Source: Alphaproteobacteria bacterium | GTDB lineage: Bacteria > Pseudomonadota > Alphaproteobacteria > Bin95 | Length of the DNA stretch: 64,000 nucleotides | Direction: 5' to 3' | Assembly: GCA_964291285.2 (NCBI GenBank) | Contig: OZ219788.1 | Span: 576,001-640,000, forward strand | Shown here: positions 49,572 to 59,543 of the stretch, piece after piece | Numbering within the stretch: position 1 is the first letter of the stretch | Layout: each line of letters starts with the position of its first letter | Made by a program: the position numbers and the translations under genes | The notes under the pieces: generated by a model | Told to the model about the DNA's origin: nothing | The model's database searches: none | Seen by the model: the letters and a program-made list of their open reading frames with translations, nothing else

Positions 49572-49886
49572 TTACGGCTCGCTGTCTTCCCGAAAGCGCT
49601 CGGCCCGGTGCATGCGTTCGTGGAGCACCGTCACGATGCCGATGGCTCCGTCGCCCAGGGTCTTCCAGTAAACGAAATGCCGGCGATAGCGGAAGACAAA
49701 GCCCTCCACCCCGAGCTCCGCCGGAACGGGGCGCGACAGGACCGCGCCGGTCGCGATGCCTTCGAAGGCTTCGAACAGTCCGGTAACGTAGGCTTGCGCC
49801 TGTTCTTCGCCCCAGCGTTCGCGGCTGTAGCGGTAGATTTCCTCGATGCGGACTGCTGCGGCTCTCTGGACGCGCACCAGCGTCAT
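49572..49886 (-). CDS. parE: ParE/RelE-family toxin
   Basis: IYRYSRERWGEEQAQAY..HFVYW..VLHERM. Confidence 0.88.
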   Translation of the reverse strand: MTLVRVQRAAAVRIEEIYRYSRERWGEEQAQAYVTGLFEAFEGIATGAVLSRPVPAELGVEGFVFRYRRHFVYWKTLGDGAIGIVTVLHERMHRAERFREDSEP

Positions 49887-50149
49887 GCGCCGGGCTGCAC
49901 CCCGCTTCGCGCGATTACGTCCTTGGCGGTCAGCGCGTGGTAGGTGTCGTCCGGCGCTGCAAAAGCGCGTTCCAGCTCCGCCTTGAGACGGTCGAAGGCC
50001 TCCTGCTCCGAGCGGGCCTTGTCGCGCCGTATCAGGTCGCGGACATACTCGCTGACGCTCTCATAGTCGCCGTTCTCGCCGACATTGGCCGCAACGAAGT
50101 CTCTGAGCGGGCCGCTCAGGCGAACCGTCATCGTCATTGCGCGCCCCAT
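49883..50149 (-). CDS. parD: ParD-like RHH antitoxin
   Basis: MTVRLSGPL..GDYESVSEYVRDLIRRD; upstream palindrome ATATTG-ac-CAATAT at 50179-50192. Confidence 0.87.
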   Translation of the reverse strand: MGRAMTMTVRLSGPLRDFVAANVGENGDYESVSEYVRDLIRRDKARSEQEAFDRLKAELERAFAAPDDTYHALTAKDVIARSGVQPGA

Positions 50150-50279
50150 GGACCGGCCCTCCCGCTCAATGCGTGTTTATATTGACCAATATCGAATACA
50201 TACGCAACGCGCCGCTTTCCCCTTCCGCACCGGCCGTCGGCGTGTCAGAATTCCGGCGTCAGGCGAGGGAGACGGGGCG

Positions 50280-51863
50280 ATGGCGCGGCGGAAGTTCTGG
50301 GGGTGGGGCAAGGTCGGCGAGGGCTTTACCGACGAGGAGATGAAGCCCTTCGAGGCGGATTATGCGGCGGTCTTCGGCGTGGACGGGTTCGAGGCCCGGC
50401 CGTTCCCGACCATCGACGAGATCGAGATCGCCCCGCCGCGCCTGGAGCCCCCGGCGTCGCTCGCGCCCGTCTGCACGGACGACAAGTGGGACCGCCTGGT
50501 GCACACCTTCGGCCGCTCCTTCCACGAGCAGGTCCGCATCATGGACCGCGACTTCACCGGCGCGCCCGACCTGGTGGCCCGCCCGCGCGACGAGGGCGAG
50601 GTCGCGGCCCTGCTTGACTGGTGCGCGGATGCGGGCGCGGCGGCGATACCCTTCGGCGGCGGCTCCTCGGTGGTTGGCGGCGTGCATCCGGATGTGGGCG
50701 GCGGCTTCAAGGGAGCGGTCTCCATCGACATGGGCGCTATGGACCGGGTGCTGGAGATCGACCGGACCTCGCGCGCCGCCCGCATCCAGGCGGGCGTCTA
50801 CGGGCCCCACCTCGAAGACCAGCTCCGCCCGCACGGCCTGACCTTGCGCTACTACCCGCAGAGCTTCGAATACTCGACGCTCGGCGGCTGGATCGCGACG
50901 CGCGGCGGCGGCCACTACGCCACCATGCTGACCCATATCGATGACGTGACCGAGAGCGTGCGCGCCGTGACGCCGGCCGGCCTGCATGACAGCTTCCGCC
51001 TGCCGGGCTCCGGGGCCGGCCCCAGTCCCGACCGGCTGTTCCTCGGCTCCGAGGGCGCGCTCGGAATCATCACCGAAGCCTGGATGCGCATTCAGGACCG
51101 CCCGACCTTCCGAGCCGGCCATTCGGTCGAGTTCGAGCGTTTCATGGACGGGGCGGAGGCCGTGCGCGCCATCTCGCAGGCCGGGCTCTATCCCGCCAAC
51201 CTGCGCCTGCTCGACCATGCCGAAGTGCGCTGGTCGGGGGCGGGGGACGGCTCGGCGGCGGTGCTGGTGCTGGGCTTCGAGAGCGCCGACCACCCGCTCG
51301 ACGCCTGGATGGCGCGGGCGCTGGAATGCTGCCGGGACCATGGCGGCCGGCTTCCGGAAGAGGCCGGCGGCGGCGGGAATGCGGCAGCGCGCTGGCGCGA
51401 CGCCTTCATCAAGGGCGGGCACATGCGCGAGATGCTGACCGCGCGCGCCATCATCCGCGAGACCTTCGAGACGGCGATCACCTGGGACCGGTTCGAGGAC
51501 TTCCACCGCGATGTGGCGGGCGCGGCGGAGCGCGCGCTCCGAGAGGCGACGGGACGGCCGGGCATCGTCGCCTGCCGCTTCACGCACGTCTATCCAGACG
51601 GGCCGGCGCCCTATTTCACCTTTATCGGCCTCGGCGAACAGGGCCGGCTTTCCGCGCAGTACGACACGGTCAAGAACGCGGTCTCCGACGCGATCATCGA
51701 GGCCGGCGGCACCATCACCCATCACCATGCCGTCGGGCGGGACCACATGCCCTGGTACGAGCGCCAGCGCTCCGACGTCTTCGCCGCCGCGCTCAAAGGC
51801 GCCAAGGCCGCGCTCGATCCCGCCGGCATCATGAACCCCGGCGTGCTGCTCCCGGCGCCCTGA
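50280..51863 (+). CDS. FAD-binding oxidoreductase (alkyl-DHAP-synthase-like)
   Basis: KFWGWG, PFGGGSSVVGG, PQSFEYSTLGGWIATR, GSEG, ITHHHAVG, IMNPG. Confidence 0.9.
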   Translation: MARRKFWGWGKVGEGFTDEEMKPFEADYAAVFGVDGFEARPFPTIDEIEIAPPRLEPPASLAPVCTDDKWDRLVHTFGRSFHEQVRIMDRDFTGAPDLVARPRDEGEVAALLDWCADAGAAAIPFGGGSSVVGGVHPDVGGGFKGAVSIDMGAMDRVLEIDRTSRAARIQAGVYGPHLEDQLRPHGLTLRYYPQSFEYSTLGGWIATRGGGHYATMLTHIDDVTESVRAVTPAGLHDSFRLPGSGAGPSPDRLFLGSEGALGIITEAWMRIQDRPTFRAGHSVEFERFMDGAEAVRAISQAGLYPANLRLLDHAEVRWSGAGDGSAAVLVLGFESADHPLDAWMARALECCRDHGGRLPEEAGGGGNAAARWRDAFIKGGHMREMLTARAIIRETFETAITWDRFEDFHRDVAGAAERALREATGRPGIVACRFTHVYPDGPAPYFTFIGLGEQGRLSAQYDTVKNAVSDAIIEAGGTITHHHAVGRDHMPWYERQRSDVFAAALKGAKAALDPAGIMNPGVLLPAP

Positions 51864-52079
51864 CCGGACTCGCATCCCCGCTGTCTCCGGAACTGCGCAG
51901 GCCCGGCGCCGAAAACGGCCCGGCATGCTGTTGCGCAGGAAAAGCGGGTCTTTCCGGTTCCGGAGAACGGCGGAGCCAAAGAGGCATGTCTGGCAGGCCC
52001 GGTAATTCAGGCCGCTCCGTCTTGACCGGCAGGCGGCGCGGGGCGTCTAATCAGGATCGAGTCTGGAAGGAGGCTGTGC

Positions 52080-52964
52080 ATGGAACCGGTGCGCTATATC
52101 GACCGCACGCGCGACGACTATATCCGGCAGGGCTATGAGAAGGCCTATGAGTGGGCGCACTTCGAGGAGGCGCCGTTCACGCGGCTCTCCAAGCCGCTTT
52201 CGGAATGCCGCGTCGGGCTGATCGGCACCAGCGAGATCGCGGTGCGCTACGACCCGGAGACGGAAGAAAACCCCGTGGTCGAAGAGGACTTCCGTGGCGT
52301 CTATTCCTTCTCGGCCGACACGCCGACGGAGAAGCTCTACAGCCGCACCGCCTCGTTCGACCGCTTCGCCACCCATCTCGACGATGTCAACGCCTACTAC
52401 CCGGTGGACCGGCTGCGCGAGGCGGTGGCCGACGGCCGGGTCGCCGGCATGCCGGACCGGTTCTACGGTTGCTACAACAATTACAGCAAGCGCAAGGTGA
52501 TGACCGAGGAGGCGCCCAAGGCGCTGGCCTGGTGCCGCGAGGACGGCATCGACGCGCTGCTCATGGTGCCTGTCTGACCCGTCTGCCATCAGACCGTGAG
52601 TCTGATCAGCAGGCATATCGAGGCGGCGGGCCTCCCGACCGTGGTGATCGGGGCGGCGCGCGACATCGTCGAGCATTGCGGCATCGCCCGCTATGTCTTC
52701 ACCGACTTCCCGCTCGGCAGCCCCTGCGGCGAGCCCTGGGACACGGACCAGCAGCGCGCGATCTTCCAGATGGCGCTCGACCTGCTCGAGGAGGCGGAGG
52801 GCCCCCGCACCACCCGCGAGGCCGGCTTCCGCTGGAGCGCCGGCGAGGACTGGAAGCGCCTCGTTTTCACCGCCGAGCAGCCCTGGCAGGACGAGGCCAC
52901 GCACGCCCAGTGGATGGCGCGCAAGGAGGAATACCGGCAGCTCCGCGCGGCGGGCAAGGTGTGA
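52080..52964 (+). CDS. selenoprotein, GrdB/PrdB (glycine/proline reductase B)-like, Sec at TGA 52575-52577
   Basis: Two track ORFs are in frame across one TGA: DALLMVPV-U-PVCHQTVSLISRHIEAAGLPTV (UxxC). Confidence 0.85.
52581..52614 (+). other. putative bacterial SECIS element
   Basis: Stem ATCAGAC/GTCTGAT with loop CGTGA; lower stem GTCTGC/GCAGGC; immediately 3' of the UGA. Confidence 0.65.
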
Positions 52965-53218
52965 ACGCCGTGGCGGCGACGCCCGGGGTCACGCTCTACA
53001 CCACGCCCCTCTGCGCGCCCTGCGAGCAGGTGAAGCGCTATCTGGAGTCGCGCGGCGTCGCCTTTCTGCGGCGCGACCTGATGATGGACGAGGAAGCGCA
53101 GGACCGGCTGGACGCCGCGCGCATCCGCAGCACGCCCGCCATAGAGGTCGACGGAACCTTCCTCGCCGGCGACGCGCTCACCCGCGAGGCTCTCGACCGG
53201 CTGCTGGGGCTGGACTGA
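52961..53218 (+). CDS. glutaredoxin/NrdH-like protein
   Basis: LYTTPLCAPCEQVKRYL..RSTPAIEVDG; GTGA overlap with previous gene. Confidence 0.88.
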   Translation: MNAVAATPGVTLYTTPLCAPCEQVKRYLESRGVAFLRRDLMMDEEAQDRLDAARIRSTPAIEVDGTFLAGDALTREALDRLLGLD

Positions 53219-53225
53219 CCGCGCC

Positions 53226-54107
53226 GTGGCGGAGTCCGTCGTTCTCTACGAGGAACGCGGCAGCACCGCCATTGTCTCGCTCAACCGGCCGGAACGGCTC
53301 AACACGCTGACCGAGGAGATGGTCGAGGGCGTGGCGGACGCCATCGACCGCGCCGCCGCCTCGCGCCCCGTGCGCGCGGTCGTGCTGCGAGGCGAAGGGC
53401 GCGCTCTCTCCGCCGGCTACGACCTGGAGGCGACCGGCGCCTCGCTGGAGGCTGGCTGGTCCCAGCCTTACGATGCGCCGCGCCCGGAGCCGCGCCTCGG
53501 CGCCTGGGACCCGGTGCGCGACCACCGCGCCATGGGCCGCAATGTCGAGCGGTTCATGAAGATATGGGACTGCCCGAAGCCGGTGCTGGGCGCGATACAA
53601 GGCTGGGCGGTCGGCGGCGCGACGGATCTCGTACTCTGCTGCGACTTGCTGTTCATGGCCGACGACGCCTATATCGGCTATGCGCCGTCGCGGATTTTCG
53701 GCACGCCGACCACCATGCTCTGGGTCTATCGCCTCGGGCTCGAGCACGCCAAGCAATTCCTGTTGAGCGGCGACGCCATCGACGCGGAGACGGCGCACCG
53801 CATCGGCCTCGTTTCCCATGTCTGCCCGCCGGAAGAGTTGGACGAGCGTATCGAAGCCCATGCGCGGCGCTTCGAGCACATTCCGGGCAACCAGCTTGCG
53901 CTCAACAAGCTGCTCATCAACCAGGCCTTCGAGAATATGGGGCTCAGGACGACGCAACTGCTCGGCACGCTGTTCGACGGCATGACGCGCCACACGGAGG
54001 AAGCCTATCGCTGGGCGGAAAGCCTTGGCGAACAGGGCCTGCGCCGCACCGCCGCCGCCCGCGACGCCCCCTTCGGCGACTACAGCGCCAGGCCGCGCAA
54101 GGACTGA
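53226..54107 (+). CDS. crotonase/enoyl-CoA hydratase family protein
   Basis: LNRPERLN, SAGYDL, PKPV..GWAVGGA. Confidence 0.92.
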   Translation: MAESVVLYEERGSTAIVSLNRPERLNTLTEEMVEGVADAIDRAAASRPVRAVVLRGEGRALSAGYDLEATGASLEAGWSQPYDAPRPEPRLGAWDPVRDHRAMGRNVERFMKIWDCPKPVLGAIQGWAVGGATDLVLCCDLLFMADDAYIGYAPSRIFGTPTTMLWVYRLGLEHAKQFLLSGDAIDAETAHRIGLVSHVCPPEELDERIEAHARRFEHIPGNQLALNKLLINQAFENMGLRTTQLLGTLFDGMTRHTEEAYRWAESLGEQGLRRTAAARDAPFGDYSARPRKD

Positions 54108-54131
54108 ATGCCGCAAACGGGAGGAACGCCG

Positions 54132-55481
54132 ATGAAAGCTGGGGGCAAGGGTCTTTGGGGCTGGATGTCCTTCGATTGGGCGAACCAGCCATTCCACACC
54201 GTCATCGTATTGTTCGTGTTCGGCCCCTATTTCGCGTCCCAGGTTGCAGAAGACGTTGTCAGCGGCCAGGCGATATGGGGCTATGCGATTGCGACGGGGT
54301 CGGTGCTGATGGCGCTCTCGGCCCCGGTGCTGGGCGCGGTCGCGGATGCCCAGGGGCCGCGCAAGCCCTGGATCCTGGTCTTCTCGCTGGTCTATGTCAT
54401 CGGCGCGGCCGGGCTCTGGTACGCCGAGCCCGGCATGGCGGACCCGCTGCCGATCCTGGTGCTGCTGGCGGTGGCGCTGATCGGGGCGGAAATCACGCTT
54501 GTGTTCGTGAACTCGCTGCTGCCGGAAGTCGGCCCGCGAGAGGAGCTCGGGCGCATATCGGGCTCCGGCTGGGCGTTCGGCTATTGGGGCGGCCTCGTGG
54601 CGCTCGCCATCGTGCTCGGCCTGATGACGCCGGCGCCGGGCTCCGACAAAACGATACTCGGCATGGCGCCGGTTCTCGGCCTCGACCCGGCCATGGGCGA
54701 GGGCGCGCGCGCGGCCGGGCCGTTCTCGGTGCTCTGGTATGTCGTCTTCATGGTGCCCTTCTTCCTCTGGTCGCCGGATGCGAGCCGGCGCCCGAGCGGA
54801 ACCGCCGGCGCGGTCGCCGAGGGGCTGCGCGGCCTGAAGGCAACGCTGGCCGGCCTGCCGTCAAGGCCGAGCCTGCTTGCCTATCTGCTCTCGTCCATGT
54901 TCTACCGCGACGCGATCCTCGGAATCGGGACCTTCGGCGGCATCTACGCCACCGGCGTGCTCGGATGGGGCATGTTCGAGCTCGGCATCTTCGGCCTTGT
55001 CATCCTCATCGCCGGCGCGCTCGGCGCCTGGGCAGGCGGATTGCAGGACAGGCGCCGCGGACCGAAACCGGTGATCGTGTTCAATATCGTCCTGCTGACG
55101 GCCGCCGCGGCCGCCATCATGACCATCGCGCCGAACGAGGTGCTGTTCATCGCTGTGGGCACGACGGAAGCGCCGTCCGCGCTGCCGGCGGTCACCTTCT
55201 ATTTCTGCGGCGCGGTCATCGGCGCCACGTCGGGCTCGCTGCAGGCGGCGTCGCGCACCATGCTCGTCCATCAGGCAGACCGGGAGCGGATGGCGGAGGC
55301 GTTCGGCCTGTTTGCGCTGACCGGCAAGGCCACGTCGTTCCTCGCCCCCTTCTTCGTGGCGCTGGCGACCGACCTGTCCGGCAGCCAGCGCCTGGGCGTG
55401 GTGCCGATCCTGGTCCTGCTCGCCATCGGCCTCGTGCTGATGGCATGGGTCCGCCCGGAGGGCGACCGCCGCGAGGCGTGA
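54132..55481 (+). CDS. MFS transporter (UMF1/Atg22-like)
   Basis: GWMSFDWAN, GRISGSGWAFGYWGG, QAASRT, FGLFALTGK. Confidence 0.9.
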   Translation: MKAGGKGLWGWMSFDWANQPFHTVIVLFVFGPYFASQVAEDVVSGQAIWGYAIATGSVLMALSAPVLGAVADAQGPRKPWILVFSLVYVIGAAGLWYAEPGMADPLPILVLLAVALIGAEITLVFVNSLLPEVGPREELGRISGSGWAFGYWGGLVALAIVLGLMTPAPGSDKTILGMAPVLGLDPAMGEGARAAGPFSVLWYVVFMVPFFLWSPDASRRPSGTAGAVAEGLRGLKATLAGLPSRPSLLAYLLSSMFYRDAILGIGTFGGIYATGVLGWGMFELGIFGLVILIAGALGAWAGGLQDRRRGPKPVIVFNIVLLTAAAAAIMTIAPNEVLFIAVGTTEAPSALPAVTFYFCGAVIGATSGSLQAASRTMLVHQADRERMAEAFGLFALTGKATSFLAPFFVALATDLSGSQRLGVVPILVLLAIGLVLMAWVRPEGDRREA

Positions 55482-55485
55482 CGGA

Positions 55486-55830
55486 ATGCCGGCCCTCCGA
55501 ATCGACTATGTCGAGTTCGCCGTGGCCGATACCGTCCGGTCGAAAGCCTTTTACGGCCGCGCCTTCGGCTGGACCTTCACCGATTTCGGCCCCGGCTACA
55601 CCGAGTTCACGGACGGGCGCATGAAGGGCGGTTTCAATGCGCTGGAGGACGGTCCCGCGCCGGGCGGCCCGCTGGTCGTGCTCTACAGCGACGACCTGGA
55701 CTCGATCCGGCAGCGAATAGAGGAGGCCGGCGGGCGGATTACCAGGCCCGCCTACCCCTTCCCCGGCGGCCGCCGCTTCCACTTCGCGGACCCCGATGGC
55801 CATGAGCTTGCCGTTTGGACCGAGAACTGA
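55486..55830 (+). CDS. VOC/glyoxalase family protein
   Basis: IDYVEF, FYGRAFGW, FPGGRRFHFADPDGHELAVW. Confidence 0.92.
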   Translation: MPALRIDYVEFAVADTVRSKAFYGRAFGWTFTDFGPGYTEFTDGRMKGGFNALEDGPAPGGPLVVLYSDDLDSIRQRIEEAGGRITRPAYPFPGGRRFHFADPDGHELAVWTEN

Positions 55831-55849
55831 ACGGCCAGGAGCGCGAGGC

Positions 55850-56845
55850 TTATCCCCTGCCGCCGGAGAGCAGCGCCGGGTCGATCCGCATCCTGAGCGG
55901 TTTGCCGGCGAGGAAGCGGTCCAGATTGTCGAGGAAGAGTTCGTCGTTGCGCCGGACGGTGCCGGGCGAGGCGCCCGCGCAATGCGCGCTCATCCGGACG
56001 CGCGGGTGAGACCAGAACCGGCTCCATGCCGGCAGCGGTTCCTCCTCGAACACGTCCAGCACCGCATGCGCCGGCCGGCCCCGGTCGAGCGCGGCCAGCA
56101 GCGCCCGCTCGTCCACCAGCCCGCCGCGCGCGATATTCACCAGCACGGAGCCCGCCTTCATCGCGTCGAGGAAATCCGCATCGACCATGCCGCGCGTCTC
56201 GTCCGTCAGCGGCGCCGTCAGCACGACGACATCGGCGTCCGGCAACGCGCGGGCAAGCTCCGATGGGGCAATCATGGCATCGGCCGGCTCGCCGCCGGCC
56301 GGGCTGCGACGCACGCCCGTCACATGCGCGTCGAACCCTTTTGCGCGCCTTGCCACCGCCCGTCCGATATGGCCCATGCCGACCACCAGCCAGCGCGTGT
56401 CGGCGACCTCCCGGAACTCGACCCGCTGCCACAACCGGCCGCGCTGTTGTTTCCGCCGCTCCTCACCGCGATGGAACGCTTCCATGACGCCCGCCAGCAC
56501 ATAGTCCGCGACCGCAGGGCCGGCGGCGTCACTGTTGCAGATGACGGCGCCCCCGCGCGCCAGCAGCGGGAAGACCGGCGCGTCGTGACCTGCGGCGCCG
56601 GATTGCAGCCAGCGCAGCGTCCCCGCATGGCGCAGCACGCCGAAGAAGGCGCGCACCGGGCCGTGCGTGTAGAGGCCGCTGGAGGCATAAGCGGCTTCCG
56701 GCGCGACGGCATGGCGGTCGATTGCCCTTCCACCCGGGCCGCGAACCGCTTTTCCGTCATCCATGACGGCAATATCGAGACCCGGAAACGCCTCCAGTCG
56801 GGCGGCAAGCCGCTCACGGTCGGGCCGGTAGAGGAAAAGACGCAT
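55850..56845 (-). CDS. D-2-hydroxyacid dehydrogenase
   Basis: GMGHIG, PLTDET, VNIARG, LDVFEEEPL, SAH. Confidence 0.92.
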   Translation of the reverse strand: MRLFLYRPDRERLAARLEAFPGLDIAVMDDGKAVRGPGGRAIDRHAVAPEAAYASSGLYTHGPVRAFFGVLRHAGTLRWLQSGAAGHDAPVFPLLARGGAVICNSDAAGPAVADYVLAGVMEAFHRGEERRKQQRGRLWQRVEFREVADTRWLVVGMGHIGRAVARRAKGFDAHVTGVRRSPAGGEPADAMIAPSELARALPDADVVVLTAPLTDETRGMVDADFLDAMKAGSVLVNIARGGLVDERALLAALDRGRPAHAVLDVFEEEPLPAWSRFWSHPRVRMSAHCAGASPGTVRRNDELFLDNLDRFLAGKPLRMRIDPALLSGGRG

Positions 56846-56970
56846 GGAGGCCGCCCCCGGTTCGCAGGATGCTGCGCCTCTTCGACGCCCCGGGGACGCC
56901 CTCGCCAACGAAGCGCCCGGCAGGGTAGCATCCGGCCCGGAACGAGACAAAGAACGGCAGGAAACCGGCC

Positions 56971-58518
56971 ATGAACTGGCAGCCCGAACTCGACGAACTG
57001 CGCCGGCGCGAAGCCTTCGCGCTCAAACTCGGCGGCGAGATGCGCGTGCGCCGCCAGCGCGACGGCGGGCGGCTCAATGTCCGCGAGCGGATCGCGGCCC
57101 TGGTCGATGATGGCAGCTTCCACGAGATCGGCGCCATTGCCGGGCTGGCGCAGTATGACGGCCGCAACGACCTGAAACATTTGCTGCCGTCCAACTTCGT
57201 CTTCGGGCGCGCACGGCTCGACGGGCGGCCCGTGGTCGTCGGGGGCGACGACTTCACCGTGCGCGGCGGGTCGGCCGACGCCACCATCAAGGAAAAGCAC
57301 ATCATGTGCGAGCAGATGGCGAACCAGCTCCGCCTGCCGCTGGTGCGCATGGTGGAGGGCTCGGGCGGCGGCGGCTCGGTCAAGACCATCGAGACCGAGG
57401 GCCGCTCGAACGTGCCCGGCGTCAAGGGCTGGGAATGGGTGGTCGAGAACATGGGCACCGTGCCGCGCGTCGCGCTCGGGCTGGGCTCCGTGGCCGGTCT
57501 CGGCGCGGCGCATCTGGCGGCGGCGCATTTCTCGGTGCTGGTCAAGGAGCAGGCGGCGCTGTTCGTCGCCGGCCCGCCCGTGGTCGAGCGGCTCGGCGAG
57601 AAGCTCGACAAGCAGGAGCTCGGCGGCTGGAAGATCCATGCCCGCAACGGCGCGATAGACTATGCCGCCGACAGCGAGGAGCACGCCTTCGACCTCGCGC
57701 GCCGGTTCCTCTCCTACCTGCCCTCCTCCATAGACAGCTTGGCCGAACAGGGGCCGCAGACCGACGATCCCGACCGGCGCGAGGAGTGGCTGATCGAGGC
57801 CGTGCCGCGCGACCGGCGCAAGGTCTACCGCGTCCGGCCCATCGTCGAGGCGGTGGTGGACCGGGGCAGCTTCTTCGAGTTCGGGCGGGAATGGGGCCGG
57901 TCGGTCGCCACAGGCTTCGCGCGGCTCGACGGCTGGCCCGTGGCGGTGATGGCCTCGGACCCCTATTTCTTCGGCGGCGGCTGGACCGCTGACGCCTGCC
58001 GCAAGGTGCGCCGCTTCGTCGATCTCGCCCAGACCTTCCACCTGCCGATGGTCTATCTGGTCGACTGTCCGGGCTTCCTGATCGGCTCCAAGTCCGAGCG
58101 CGAGGCGACGATCCGCTACGGCGTCGAGGCGATGTCGGCCATCTGGCAGACCACCATCCCCTGGTGCGCGGTGATCCTGCGCAATGTCTTCGGCGTGGCG
58201 GGCGCGGCGCACCAGAACGGCGGGCGGCTCTCCTACCGCTACGCCTGGCCCTCGGGCTTCTGGGGTTCGCTGCCGCTCGAAGGCGGCATCGAGGCGGCCT
58301 ACCGCGCGGACCTCGACGAGGCCGAGGACCCGGACGCCAAGCTCACCGAGATCGAGGAACGGCTGGAGAAGCTGCGCTCGCCCTTCCGCTCGGCCGAGAC
58401 CTTCTGGATCGAGGAGATCGTGGACCCGCGCAACACCCGCCCGCTGCTCTGCGAGTTCGCCAACCTTTCCGCCCCTCTGCGCGAAACCGGCCCGAGCTGG
58501 TTCCGCATGCGGCCCTGA
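56971..58518 (+). CDS. acyl-CoA carboxylase beta (carboxyltransferase) subunit
   Basis: DDFTVRGGS, AGPPVV, VDCPGFLIG, EEIVDPRNTR. Confidence 0.92.
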   Translation: MNWQPELDELRRREAFALKLGGEMRVRRQRDGGRLNVRERIAALVDDGSFHEIGAIAGLAQYDGRNDLKHLLPSNFVFGRARLDGRPVVVGGDDFTVRGGSADATIKEKHIMCEQMANQLRLPLVRMVEGSGGGGSVKTIETEGRSNVPGVKGWEWVVENMGTVPRVALGLGSVAGLGAAHLAAAHFSVLVKEQAALFVAGPPVVERLGEKLDKQELGGWKIHARNGAIDYAADSEEHAFDLARRFLSYLPSSIDSLAEQGPQTDDPDRREEWLIEAVPRDRRKVYRVRPIVEAVVDRGSFFEFGREWGRSVATGFARLDGWPVAVMASDPYFFGGGWTADACRKVRRFVDLAQTFHLPMVYLVDCPGFLIGSKSEREATIRYGVEAMSAIWQTTIPWCAVILRNVFGVAGAAHQNGGRLSYRYAWPSGFWGSLPLEGGIEAAYRADLDEAEDPDAKLTEIEERLEKLRSPFRSAETFWIEEIVDPRNTRPLLCEFANLSAPLRETGPSWFRMRP

Positions 58519-58641
58519 CGGCACCGCAGGGTTCCGGCGGAGGCGGGGCGGAGCTGCGGCCGTTGCCCGTCGATTAAACCGGATCGGCTCCTGCGCTAAG
58601 TTCGTCCCGGATACGAGGGTGAAAACAGGAGGCCAGACCCC

Positions 58642-59538
58642 ATGACCGATGCAATCCGGGGGATCGACCACGCCATTATCGGCGTCCGCGACCTCGATGC
58701 GGCGCGCGCGCAGTTCGAGCGTCTCGGCTTCACCGCCGCCCCGCTCGGCAACCATGTCGGCAAGGCGACCGCGAACCACTGCATCATGTTCGCCGACAGC
58801 TACCTGGAACTGCTCGGCATCAACGAGCCGGACAAGCCCGACACGCTCGGGCTCGACGCCTTCCTGGCGGCGCGCGGCGAAGGGTTGGTGAAGATCGCGC
58901 TCGGCACGCCGGACGCCGACGCCGCCCGCGCCGACATCGAGGCGCAGGGCTTCTCCCCGACCGGGCCGGACGACCTCGCCCGCCCGCTGACCGACCGGCC
59001 CGACGCCATCGTGCGCTTCCGCAACCTCCAGATCCCGGCGGCGGAGACGGGCGGCCTCGGCACCTTCCTCTGCGGCCACAAGACGCCGGAGCTGATGCGC
59101 CCGCCGGGCTCGATGGACCATGCGAACGGCGCGCGCAACCTGGTGTCCGCCGCTGCCGTCGTGGACGATGTGGGAGCGGTGGCGGGCCCCTGGGCGCGCC
59201 TGCTGGGCCGCCCGGCCGAAGAGACCGGATACGGCAGCGCTGTCCTGGATACCGGGCGCGGCCATGTGCTGGTGGGCACGCCCGAGAATGTCCGCATGGA
59301 CCCCAGGAGCGCCGGCCTCCTGCGGATTACGCCACTGCCGGATCCGCTGCCGGCGCGGCCCTTCTATTATTATCTTCGGATCGAGGTGCCGTCCGTAGCC
59401 GACGTAATGAGAGTCCTGCAACGCAACGGCATTCAGCCGGCCGCCATGGGGGGCGGTATGGGCGCGAGCCGGAGCGGTTCCGGTCCTCGCCTGCTGGTTG
59501 AAGCCTGCGGGGTGCCGCTCGAATTCGCGCAGGCGTAG
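58642..59538 (+). CDS. VOC family (Glyoxalase_3) protein
   Basis: IDHAIIGVRDLD..GF..TANH..YLELL, HANGA. Confidence 0.85.
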   Translation: MTDAIRGIDHAIIGVRDLDAARAQFERLGFTAAPLGNHVGKATANHCIMFADSYLELLGINEPDKPDTLGLDAFLAARGEGLVKIALGTPDADAARADIEAQGFSPTGPDDLARPLTDRPDAIVRFRNLQIPAAETGGLGTFLCGHKTPELMRPPGSMDHANGARNLVSAAAVVDDVGAVAGPWARLLGRPAEETGYGSAVLDTGRGHVLVGTPENVRMDPRSAGLLRITPLPDPLPARPFYYYLRIEVPSVADVMRVLQRNGIQPAAMGGGMGASRSGSGPRLLVEACGVPLEFAQA

Positions 59539-59543
59539 CCCGC

